The notes below the pieces were generated by a model that made no database searches, was not told the origin of the DNA, and saw nothing but the letters and a program-made list of their open reading frames with translations. The translations under genes and the position numbers were made by a program. Positions 13,151 through 25,748 of a stretch of 64,000 nt of DNA are shown piece by piece (the stretch's first letter is position 1; each line of letters begins with the position of its first letter). The stretch lies in contig NC_043000.1 in NCBI RefSeq assembly GCF_006345805.1, forward strand, positions 126,604,001 through 126,668,000, read 5' to 3'. The DNA is from Octopus sinensis. Lineage: Eukaryota.

Positions 13151-13239
13151 AAGACAGGCAGACAGACAGACAGACAGACAGACAGAAGGAAGACAGACAG
13201 ACAGACAGACAGACAGAAGGCAGACAGACAAATAAATAA

Positions 13240-13430
13240 TTTTCTTTATTGGCCACACAGGGCTAAACACAGAGAGGACAAATACAAATGTAGAGTTTTT
13301 CTGTTCAAAAATGAAAAAGAAAAGGGGAAAATTGAAAAGAAAAAAGTAAAATTCTAATCAAATGGGATCGGGGGGGGGGATCAAAAGGGATCGGCGGGGG
13401 GGATCAAAAGGGATAGTGTATCATAGAAGA
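13240..13430 (-). mobile_element. Tx1/L1-like LINE 3'UTR fragment inside a (GACA)/(GATA) microsatellite
   Basis: Minus strand ends TTTGTATTTGTCCTCTCTGTGTTTAGCCCTGTGTGGCCAATAAAGAAA, similar to the 3' end at 56505-56560; tetranucleotide repeats on both sides. Confidence 0.5.
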
Positions 13431-13457
13431 AGAGACAGACAGACAGACAGACAGACA

Positions 13458-13488
<31 letters not shown>

Positions 13489-14117
13489 TAGATATGACGG
13501 GCTTCTTTCACTTTCTATCTACTAAATCCACTCACAAGACTGGTTGGCCTGAGCTATAGCATAAGACACTTGCCCAAGGTGCCACAGAGTTGGACTGAAG
13601 CTGAAACTATGCAAACTTCTTAAACACACAACACCTTCAAACGCTGTTAATAATATCAGAGGTTTCATAGAGGTTTACTGTTGGAGTTGATGAACGAGTC
13701 TACGGAAACCCAAGAGAATCTAAAACTAAACCAAATATAATGTAGGTTCCAAATATTTTTGGTTAGTACTTTGCAAATTATTCACAAAACTGTACACTTT
13801 GTTCAGTTAGTCTTGTGATTTCCAAACAACAGAATATTATCAACAATAAACTGATAAAGATGGTTGGCAGTTTTTTTGAAACTGTATTCTGCCTGTAACA
13901 TCTGATTCTTGAGATGATGCAGAAGTTCACATAGGTAGTACTGAAGGTGCAATATTAGGAGAGAACATCTTTGTTATACACTTGTAACTTCTTTGACCTT
14001 GAAGAGTTATCTATTAGTTTTCACTTTACATTAAAAAAATAAACAATTTTAACCCAGGAACAAAATCAAAGAAAACACTATCTATAATATTCTGCTATGG
14101 TATGACTACATTAGTAA

Positions 14118-14605
14118 CATCATCATCATCATCATTATCATCATTTAATGTCCATTTCCCATGCTGGCATGGGTTGGACGATTTAACTGAGACTGACCAG
14201 CTAAAGGGTTGTTCAGGCTCCCTGTCTGTTTTGGTATGGTTTCTATGGCTGGATGCCCTTCCTAACACCAACCACTTTACAGAGTGTACTGGGTGTTTTT
14301 ACGCAGCACCAGCATGGGTGCTTTTTATGTGGCACCAGCACTTACAAGATTAGGGGTGCTCAGCCTAAGAGGATTGCAAGAGATGAGCCTGTATGCAAGG
14401 ACAACCATGCTTTTACTTAGCTTGATATGTCTTTTCAAGCACAGCAAACTGCCAGGAGTCTCGGTCCCCTGTTATTCCCCTCTGTGAGTACCAACGTTTG
14501 TAGACCCTTTTTCACTGCTTCATCCTATGTCTTCCTGGGTCTACCCCTTCCACATGTTCCCCCTACAATTAGAGATCGGCACCTCTTGTTAACAACTGTC
14601 CTCAT
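14118..14605 (-). mobile_element. RTE LINE 3' end: decayed ORF C-terminus plus 3'UTR and (ATG)n tail
   Basis: Minus frame KRCRSLIVGGTCGRGRPRKT*DEAVKKGLQTLVLTE..DRDSWQFAVLEK, followed by the GGTTGGTGTTAGGAAGGGCATCCAGCC motif and GGACATTAAATGATGATAATGATG. Confidence 0.8.
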
Positions 14606-15203
14606 TTCAACAAAATCTTAATACACTGCATTACATCTATACTTCCATATCAGAAAAATTCACGAGGCCTGTTTTGAACCCACAAACAGTGTGAATGAAA
14701 TACAGTTGCTGCACCACTGAGCCATGGATTCTAAAAAAATGTATCAGTAATATAGGTGCTGGAATAACTACAAGGTTAAAAAGTTAGCTTCATAGTCTTG
14801 TGGTAAAAGGTTCAGTCCCACAATGTAATCCATGGGCCAAGAGTCTTCAACTATAGCCTTGAGTTAATGCCTAGAGTAAAAGTTGGTAGACAGAACCAAC
14901 ATAGAAGCTTGTAGTGTGTGTGTGTTTATGCTGCTTTAAACCAGTAATGTTTATGTAACATAACAATGGTTCAACAAATACTAATAAACACTCAACGTTA
15001 GAATAAGTACTGGAGATCAATGTATTCAGCTAAACCCCTGAATGGGAGACTCCAGCACAGACATAATCCAATAACCAGTGAAAAGCTAAATGACTAAAAG
15101 AATATACATATATATGTACAAATATACATATACATACATATATACATATACACACATGTATACACACACACACATGTAAGTAGTTAAGTCCTATGTCTGG
15201 TCA

Positions 15204-15267
15204 TAGAGTGGTCAATGGTTTCGCATCCACAAAGGGCTTAGCCTCACAGACATCTCGTCAGACTCTA
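15204..15267 (-). ncRNA. Minimal type-I hammerhead ribozyme-like motif (degenerate cleavage site)
   Basis: TAGAGT-CTGACGA-long stem II-GAAA-CCATTGACC-ACTCTA; stem I TAGAGT/ACTCTA is perfect. Confidence 0.65.
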
Positions 15268-15685
15268 AAGCCGAAGACTAAATATACTCTATATATTAAA
15301 GTTCAGGATTCAAGTGTATACATATATATGTGTGTGTGCATGCAGAGTATGGTTATACAGACAAATATATATATATATATATATATAGGGAGAATTCACA
15401 AAAAAAAAACAAAAGACCAAGACAGGTGGTGTAGACAACAAACAGATGGATTAGTATAACACTCAGGAAGTGAAAGTCTTTAATATTTCAAGTCTATGCT
15501 CTTCCACAGAAAGGAACACAGAAAGAAACAAGAAGAGAAAATAAAGAATGCGTAGTGGGTAGCAATCTATCATGGTATATACATATATATATATATATAC
15601 AACAAAGTGAAGTTGTAAGGTAGTGCACAAGTGGAAATATATATTTGAAAGAAGGTTTGAAAATGCAATTTTAAAAGATGCTTAT

Positions 15686-15731
15686 TCACTTGACCGGTTT
15701 CACTTTTTTAGAAAAAGATTGTCAAAAGTAA
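15686..15731 (-). ncRNA. Decayed minimal hammerhead ribozyme motif
   Basis: TTACTT-TTGACAA-T-CTTTTT/AAAAAG-T-GAAACCGGTC-AAGTGA; palindromic stem III ACCGGT and GTC site typical of Penelope-type HHRs; CUGAUGA core mutated. Confidence 0.55.
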
Positions 15732-16759
15732 AATGTAAAGCTTCACATAAGCTTTGTTGTGTTAAGTACTGCTTGTCACAAAAGCGTTAAAATACATATA
15801 TATATTCTTTAAAATACAAATATACATTCTTTGATAATAATAATAAAATGTTAAAAACAGTTTACAAGGAAATATCTTGAGGATATATTAAACAAAAAGT
15901 ATTAGGAGTTCAAGATAAATATTAGGAGTTCAATAAAAGTCATGTTTGGTAGTATATATATACACAGGAGATATATTTTGTTGTTTACAAAGAATTTGAG
16001 ATGAACTGACCTGTTTTGGCATTTTTTGTTTTGTGTGAAGCTAATATATATATATTTATTACACACACACACATAGTTAGATGGGAGTATATGTATATAG
16101 ATGTATGTATAGGTATATGTGTATAAATATGTGTGTGCTGGTATGCTTTATGTAGTTTTCATTATCGTATGTATGTGGTGAGATATAGTTGTATCTGGAC
16201 ATAAGTAGATTTATTATTCTATGTCCCTTTATCTTTGTGCACAAACGGATGTATGTGGGTTTATTATGATGAATCTCCCTGTTGTAGATTCCTATTATCT
16301 TTTAATGGGTCTTTTGGTTTTGGCCGGAACTCTGTTGTTCAGCTATTGAAAGATTAAAAATGAAATAAACTTATCTTGTGGGAGTTAGAGCATAATATAA
16401 AATTCTTATCCCCTATTCCTTATTCACCCCCCCCCACTATGCAACTTTTTGCTTCCCTCCCCATTCCAGTTACCTTAATGATTCTCTTTTATAAACTACA
16501 AACTAATGAAATTAAATCAGTCTCTGGCTGAAATTCGCCAGTGAGTCATGAAATGGCACATACTTGGATTCATGAAAATGTTTTTTAAAATGTTTAATTC
16601 GTGCATATATTCACCTGTTTTCATATGATGCAATAACTCTATTTATTGATAAAAAAACATGTCTGAAACAGCTGTAGTGAGTGAACCACTATCTATCTGT
16701 TGTTATTTGTTTATATATATATGTATGTATGTATGTATGCATATATATATATATGTATA

Positions 16760-18025
16760 CAGGGTGTGATGGGTAAATTGTTGCCATTTTATATTTTTTA
16801 TTTCGCACACGTACATTGTTAGTTTTTGATTTTGTTAACTACACAGTATAGTAGGGTTAGTTGGGCACAGTCTGTGTGAAAAACAGCACCATGACACAAT
16901 TCACTCAGCCAGAAATTTTGAAACGACATGCTGTACTGCTTGGCATTCATGCTGGAAGCTCCAATACGAACATTTCAGAGTGTTTGGGTGTCAATCTGAA
17001 GACAGTGTAGAGGATTCAGAAAGAGATCGATAAGAATAATGGTGATTACAAAGATACAGCAGCTTGGAAAACTCACTCTGACTGTTCTGAATTAGTTGAT
17101 AAAATCCAGGCCATGATTAACAACAATCCCTCCAAGTCAATCAGGTCCATTGCCAGGGACACGAGAGTGTCTGACTTTGTTATTAGGCAGGTAGTGCATG
17201 AAGACATTCGGTATTACTGATACAAGATGAAAAATGGCCAACTTTTATCCCAAGCCATCAAGAACAAGAGGAAAGGCCATGCTATGAAGCTTTTGAACAA
17301 ACTCAAACATCCCTTCCAACCAAACATGCTTTGGTTTTTCTCAGGTAAGAAAAATTTCTGCCAGGATCAGATGGTGAACACACAGAACAACTGTTGGCTT
17401 GCTGTGTACACAAAACATGTACTGAGAGTGATACAAATCAAACATCCAGTCAACATCATGGTGTTTGGAGTGATCACTAGTGATGGTGATGTTATGCCTC
17501 CATTCATTTTTCCACATGGCCTCAAACTCAACATGGAGGCCTATATCAAGTGCCTGGAGGAGGTAGTGCTGCTGAAAGACCCTATGTACGGCAACAGGAC
17601 TCTGCACCATGCCACAGAAGCAGGAAAACCCAGTCATGGCTATCGGATAATTTCTGTGACCACATCACCACTAACATCTGGCCACCTAACTCCTCACACT
17701 GCAACCCCTTGGTTATTATGTGTGGGGTGCAGTTGATCAAGAAACCAACAAAACTCTTTGTAACACCAAAGATAAACTGAAAGCAAGGATTATAGCAGCA
17801 TTCACCAACTTAAACAAGGAGACTGTCCAAAAAAGTCACAGGAGATTCTGAAGTTGCCTAGAGGTCATGGTTGAAGCCAATGGCAATTTTATTCAATAAA
17901 TTTATTCTTTAGTATTTCAAGATATTTTAATGCAATTTTATTTTGGTAAATATATGTTAAAATGAGATGTCAATGTTATTTTCATTTTCGCATAATTTAG
18001 ATGACAATATATTCACCACACCCTG
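16760..18025 (+). mobile_element. Tc1/mariner transposon, DD37D (maT) family, near full length (1266 bp), transposase disrupted
   Basis: TA|CAGGGTGTG...CACACCCTG|TA termini. Fragments WFFSGKKNF (for FSDEK), IMVFGVITSDG and QQDSAPCH...WPPNSSHCNPL with 37 residues between the second and third catalytic positions; stops and frameshifts. Confidence 0.9.
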
Positions 18026-18729
18026 TATAATATATATATATATATATCATACTTCATCTACAGTCTGTGGTCTTAGTAACAATAAAAATGCTGTACCTTT
18101 AACAAAATATTATGCCACCAGTTTCATTCCACAGTTACAGACATAGTCAGACACAATGATATTATAGATCAACAAATGTGAAGGCTTTGTTTTAGCAGAC
18201 AACAATCAATTGCACGAAAATGCATATGTTAAGTGATTAGCAATTTTAAAACAATTAGTGGAATAAAAAATACAAATTCACCATCCCAACTAGCATTAAC
18301 AATTTTCTCTTCCAATAACACTCCCACAACTTTTAAGAGCAACTAGTTGTCTGTATGCGTACATGCATGTGTGTGTGTGTGTGTATGTGTGATTATATGT
18401 TTGCAGTATTTCTTTCCTCCTTCTCTCACTATTACATTCTCCACTAAACTTGCTCACACTTGCTTGTGGCTTTTCCCTTCCAATAATTGTTTCACTGCTC
18501 AAGATCTGCAAACTACATGAGTAGAATAATATAGATTATTTTTTTGGTCATTCAAAGTTTTCTGCATTGCACCCAGAACTCAGTTGTCATCACCATTGTC
18601 ATCATTTAACGTGCACTTTTTTATGCTTGCATGGAGTGGATGGAATTGAGGCAGATTTTCTATGGCTGGATGCCCTTCATATCACCAACCCTCACTTATT
18701 TCCAAGCAAGTTAATATTTCCCTACAACC

Positions 18730-18903
18730 GAGCTCCTCTATGCTGATGACTTTGCTCTAATTGCTGAGTCACTATCAGAACTGGAGAAGTTTCAGGTGTA
18801 GAAGCAAGGATTAGAATCGAAGGGCCTTAGAGTCAACCTAGCCTAAAACTAAAGACCTAATAAGTAGGAAGGTAGAAAACCACAAACGCCTTCAGGTAGA
18901 TGG
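18730..18903 (+). mobile_element. Non-LTR (RTE-like) reverse transcriptase fragment
   Basis: ELLYADDFALIAESLSELEKFQV*KQGLESKGLRVNL..KTK; YADD motif. Confidence 0.85.
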
Positions 18904-19344
18904 ATTTTATAGAATATTAGAAATGAATGACACTGCTTGTATGACAGTGATACTCATTTACAATTATCATGTGATGTCAAGATAATATGACACAAACACA
19001 AAGTTTTTGGTCTGAATTTTTTCTGAACACTTTGTGTGTATATCTATCTATATATCCCATATCTCTATATAATATTAAAAAGTGCTTTTTTTTTTTTTTT
19101 ACAGTTCCTGTTGACCAAATCTACTCACAGTCAGTCTGGAACCATTGTAGAAAACACTTGCCCGAAATGCCACATAGTGGGACTGAACCTGAAACCATGT
19201 GGTTAAAAAGTAAACTTCATACCCTCACAGCCATGTCTAAAATTCATAAGACACAACTATATGTAAGACATAATACTATATGTATACCCTTGGCAAGCAT
19301 ACAGTGTGTTTCTTGTTGCCACAGAATGTTTACAACAAATGTGT

Positions 19345-19345
19345 T

Positions 19346-19433
<88 letters not shown>

Positions 19434-19510
19434 CATATATATACATATATATATACATATATATACATATATATATACATATATACATATATATATATAC
19501 ATATATATAC

Positions 19511-19555
<45 letters not shown>

Positions 19556-19562
19556 TACACAC
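19345..19562. repeat. (TG)n-(TA/CA)n compound microsatellite
   Basis: Direct reading. Confidence 0.9.
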
Positions 19563-21068
19563 AGTATGGTGATTGAGCCCAATTTTTTTTAAATAGATAG
19601 TTTAGAGTAGTTATCCTTTGATTTAACATTTACAAATGGATAAGTTGCAGTCCCTAAAGTACATGCCTTAATGCTTTAATCCATGTTTTAAGTGTGTTTT
19701 ATATTTCAAAGCAAATATTCACACATAATTCTTAAAGCTGCAAGTGATTCATTCTGCTTAAAAGCAGAATGATTTGTAAATGCTATTGTTTTTTTTCTTC
19801 ATTTTTCTTGGTTTCTGGTTTTTCAGTTCTGCTTTCTGTAGTGTTAGTCATCATTACCATTGATTCCATGTCCAGTTTTCCATGCTTCCAAGGCTCAAGT
19901 GAAATTTGTTGGGATACAACCAGATGCCCTTCCTGTCACTAACCTTCATCTGTTTCCAAGTAAGGCAATATTTCCCGTGGCGCATATTATTATTATTAAA
20001 GACCCCCTTCATTCTTGAACAACCATGGGATTGCACCTAGAAAGTTCCCCTCCAAGGTATAAGTCTGGGGAAGATTGTTTGTAAAAAACCAGCAGTCACC
20101 CATGCATACCAGCCTTCCTTCTCCATGCTACCAATGTTATCCAAGAATCCAAGAGAAAGGCAAAAACTGATACAGATACAGATTGATACCAGTGACATCG
20201 CAACTCATTTCTGCAGATGAGTGGACTGGAGCAAAGTGAATTAAAATGTCTTGCTCAAGAACACAACACACAGCCTGATTGTAAGCGCAATGCTCTAATC
20301 ACTGAGCCATGCACCTTCAAATTTTATTATTATTATCATTAAGATTAATACAGTGAGCTGGCAGATGGGTGAAATGCTTAGCAGTATTTCGCCTGTTGTT
20401 ACATTCTGGTTGACTTTGCCTTTCGTCTTTTCGGGCTCGATAGATTAAGTGCCAATTGCATACTGGGGTCGATCTAATCGACTGCTTCCTCCTCTCCTAA
20501 AATTTCAGGCCTTGTGCTTATAGCAGAAAGGATTATTATTATTATTGAGGTTAAGGTAGCTTGCTGGCAGAATCGTTAGCATGCCAAGTGAAATACATTG
20601 AAATATTTCGTCTGAGTTCAAATTCTGCTTAAATCGACTTTGCCTTTCATCCTTTCGGGGTTGATTAAATAAGTACCAGTTAGGCACTGAGGTCGATGTA
20701 ATCGACGTAATCCCTTCCCCCAAACTTGAGGACTTGTGCTTCCAGTAGAAAGAATTATTATCATTGAAATTGAAAATGAAAGGGACAGCTTATGACAACT
20801 ACCAAATAATGCCAAGACAATACACTCATACACATAAAAACAGACAACAGTTGTCTTTGAGTTTCTGTCTACCAAATCCACAGCTATAGTAAAAGTCACT
20901 TGCCAATGCCACAGATGCCACACAGTGGAATTGAACATAAGACCACATAGTCATGCCTATATTAATGTAGGCATGACTATGTGGTCTTATGTTCAATTGT
21001 TCTCACTCTATCTCTCTCTTTCTCTCTGATTTGGCATTGCATGATATTTATAAATGAGTGTCACTGTC

Positions 21069-21265
21069 TGTTGTAATCCTCTGTCGGACTGTTATAATAC
21101 CCACTCCAGCATAGCAGTATAGTTAGTTAGACTAGTAAGACACGACTATCTAATCTATCTAAAGACCGTCTTCTCGACTGCCTATGTCACAGTATTTATA
21201 ACGACTATCACATACCACTCATTAGATGGGAGGGATGTTCCATTATTACTATTATCCCCATAACA
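21069..21265 (-). mobile_element. Probable solo LTR (197 bp)
   Basis: TGTTGT...ATAACA termini; TATAAATA on the minus strand; interrupts the SINE motif GTCACTGTC|ATACAGGCAATG; TSD not clean. Confidence 0.45.
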
Positions 21266-21809
21266 TGGTCATACAGGCAATGCCATTCATTTCCAAAATT
21301 CTGCAAGAACATTCCTGATCATGGGGAAATATCACCTTATTTGTTATATAAATATATTTATATAAGAATATAAATGAAAAAATTAGTCTTTTGCAGCAAT
21401 GAATTTACAATCTAGATGAAGGTAGGTCATACGAGAGCCAAATCTTTTTGATTCCTGTATTCACTTGAAAAAGGTCTCACTGACATAAAGCAAACTGATT
21501 TGTATAACTGTGTGATTATGTAACGATATATGAAGCTATACGGACACATTACTATGTGACTAATGCATTTACATAGCAATCAAGATATCCCAGGCAAAAG
21601 GCTGTTGGATGGATTGTACATGTGATTTGAAGGTCCAGCCTTGTTACAGTATCATGCTGATTCTACATGTGGATTGCGAGAAAAAGTACATGTCTATAGA
21701 ATGCTTAACCAGTTATACTAAGTCACTGAAAATGTAGTTCCATTGATGGAATAACTGGAACACTCATTCTTCAAAATCTATGAGTGATAGAAAGAGAGCA
21801 ATAGACAGA

Positions 21810-22007
<198 letters not shown>

Positions 22008-22965
22008 AATGGCTTTAAAATGTTCTTTTCATTTACTAATGCACATAGCTGACTCAAAAAAAGAGAAGCTAATATTTTCTTTTCTGCATTTTTTTCGTCT
22101 GTGTTTTGCATATTTCTTAATGTAATTTCAATGTAGAAGCAAAAAAATCAAATGACTGAGTGGTTAAGACATTCGCTTTGCAACCACACGGTTACAGGTT
22201 CAGTCCCCCTGGATGGCAACCAGGGCAGGTGTCTTCTATTACAGCTCTGGACCAACCAGTGCCTTGTGAGTGAATTTAGTAGATTGAAGCTGTGTGGAAG
22301 CTGGACATGTATATAAATATATATATATATAGTATGTGTCTTTGTATTTGCACCTCAACCATCCCTTTTCGACAGTATTTATTGGTTTGTTTACATCCCC
22401 ATAACTTAGTGGTTTGGCAAAAGAGATCAACAGAATAAGTACCAGGCTTAAAATATTACTGGGGTCAGTTTGCTCAGCTAAACCCTTCATGGTGGTGCCC
22501 CAGCATGGCCATTGTCCAATGAATGAAACAAGTAAAAAGGATAAATAGGTATTGTATTACACTACCAACTCAAAGGGTCTTGTGTCCAAATCTACTTCAG
22601 GTATTTTATTCAATGTTTGAGCAGTACACTTTATTTTATGGTTTGCTTAGCCATTAGAAAAAAAAGCAGATTAACCCATGTAAGACCCACACCATCCACT
22701 GACCTGTCAGATCCTGTCAAACTGTGTAACCCTGGCCATCACGGAAGATAAATATCAAATAATGATGATGATTTACTTAGAATGTAAAAAAAATTAGTGC
22801 TTAATTTATTGGAAGTATTGAAAAATTACTCTCAAAGTCATCAGGTCAAAAAATGCAACAGGACTTTCTTTCCAGCTTCTCTCTCTCTCTTTCTCTCCTT
22901 CTCTCTCTCTCTCTCTCTCTCTCTGATTTGGCATTGCATGATATTTATAAATGAGTGTCACTGTC

Positions 22966-23220
22966 AGGGATTGCGGATTTGAATCTCAGACCGGGCGATG
23001 TGAGTGTTTTTGAGCGAAACACCTAAGCTCCACGCGGCTCCGACAGAAGGTAATGGTGAATTTCTGCTGACTCTTTTGCCACAACTTTCTCTCACTCTTT
23101 CCTCCTGAATCTTGCAGCTCACCTGCGATGGACCGGCGTCCCGTCCTTTGGGGAACCTATATGCCAAGGAAACCAGGAAACTGGCCCTTATGAGCCAGGC
23201 GTGGCTCGAGAAGGAACGAA
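22966..23220 (+). mobile_element. SINE family D, 5'-truncated
   Basis: Matches the 6586-6884 copy from GGGATTGCGG onward. Confidence 0.85.
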
Positions 23221-23619
23221 CTATATCCCACAACAGAATGCAACTTACAACAATATGGTTCAAAACTAAATTTATTTAGCAGGCAGCCACACCTCCATCC
23301 TATCACGCACGTATAGTTTCCTGTTCAACCAGAGATTAACTCATCACAAAGGCATCGCATACTTTATCTAGAATTTAGCAAAATAAACTCACTTGTTTGC
23401 AGATTAAGTATTTATCTCAGATTCTCTAAAACAGATTTTGACATGTAAGCAAGAATTCACTTCAATATAGACTGCTACTAGAGATTCTAATGCAAATGTT
23501 ATTAATCAATATAAATGGTTAGATAATAGGATTAAAATGAAAAATACCTTCCTAGACATTTTTAGAACAATAATTCTACTGACCACAACAACTGAACCAT
23601 ACATTTCTCTCTGATCGTT

Positions 23620-23652
<33 letters not shown>

Positions 23653-24612
23653 TATATATATATAATACATACATAGATATATATATATATACACATACAT
23701 ACATATATACATACACATATATATATACATGCATATATATTCATATATATATATATACATCATATACATATATATATATATATATACATAATATACATAC
23801 ATATATATACATACATAACATATATATATACACATACATATATATATACATGCATATATATATACATACATATATATATACATACATACATATACATACA
23901 TATATATATACATACATATATATATATACATATACATATATATAACATACATATATATAACATACATATATATATACATACATACATATACATACATTAT
24001 ATATACATACATATATATATACTACATATATATATACATACATATACATCATATATATATACATACATATATATATATATATACATACATATAACATATA
24101 CATACATATACATACATATATTACATACATATATACATACATATATATATATATATATCATACATATATATTACATATATATACATATATATATACATAC
24201 ATATATATATATATACATAATATACATATATATATATCATACATATATATATAATATATATATACATGCATATATATATACATGATATACATATATATAT
24301 ACATGATTACATATATATACATACATATACATGATATACATATATATACATACATATACATACATATATACATATATACATATATATACATACATAGATA
24401 TAATACATACATAGATATATATATATATATATACATATATAATATATATATATATATATATATAGATATACATACATATACATGATATACAATATATACA
24501 TACATATACATATAATATATACATATACATTATATACATACATATATATATTACATACATATACATATATATACATACATAGATATTATACATACATATA
24601 TATATACATACA

Positions 24613-24643
<31 letters not shown>

Positions 24644-24663
24644 ATATTATACATACATACATC

Positions 24664-24694
<31 letters not shown>

Positions 24695-25586
24695 TATATA
24701 TACATACATATATAATATATATATATATACATATATATATATACATACATACATATATATATATATAATATATATATACATACATATATATATAATATAT
24801 ATACATACAGATATATATACACACATACATATATATATACATACATACATATATATATACATACAGACATATATATATACATATATATAGATATACATAC
24901 ATATATATATATATATATATACAACATATATATACATACATACAATACATACATATATACATATATACATACATATACATATACATTACATATATACATA
25001 CACATACATTATATATACACATACATATATACATACACACATACATATATATATATACTACACACATATATATATATACACACATATATATATAATACAC
25101 ACATATATATATATACATACACCACATATATATATATATACTACACACATATATATATATATACATACACACATATATATTATATACATACACACATATA
25201 TATATATATACATACACATATATATATATATACATACACACATATATATATATATACACACACATATATATATAATATACATACACACATATATATATAT
25301 ATACATACAACATATATATATACATACATAACATATATATATATAATACATACACATATATATATATATATACATACACAATATATATATATACATACAC
25401 CACATATATATATATTACATACACACATATATATACATACACACATATATATATAACATACACACATATATATATATACATAACACATATATATATATAT
25501 ATATATATATACAAATATACATACACACATATATTTATACATATACATATATACATATATATATACATATACATATACATATATAC

Positions 25587-25617
<31 letters not shown>

Positions 25618-25630
25618 ATATACATATAAT

Positions 25631-25666
<36 letters not shown>

Positions 25667-25713
25667 ATATACATATATATACATATACACATATATGCAT
25701 ACATACATATATA

Positions 25714-25745
<32 letters not shown>
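23620..25745. repeat. ~2.1-kb compound (TA)n/(TACA)n/(CA)n microsatellite
   Basis: Almost only A/T/C on the + strand in alternating purine-pyrimidine pattern; source of many spurious Y/I/M/C ORFs. Confidence 0.95.
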
Positions 25746-25748
<3 letters not shown>

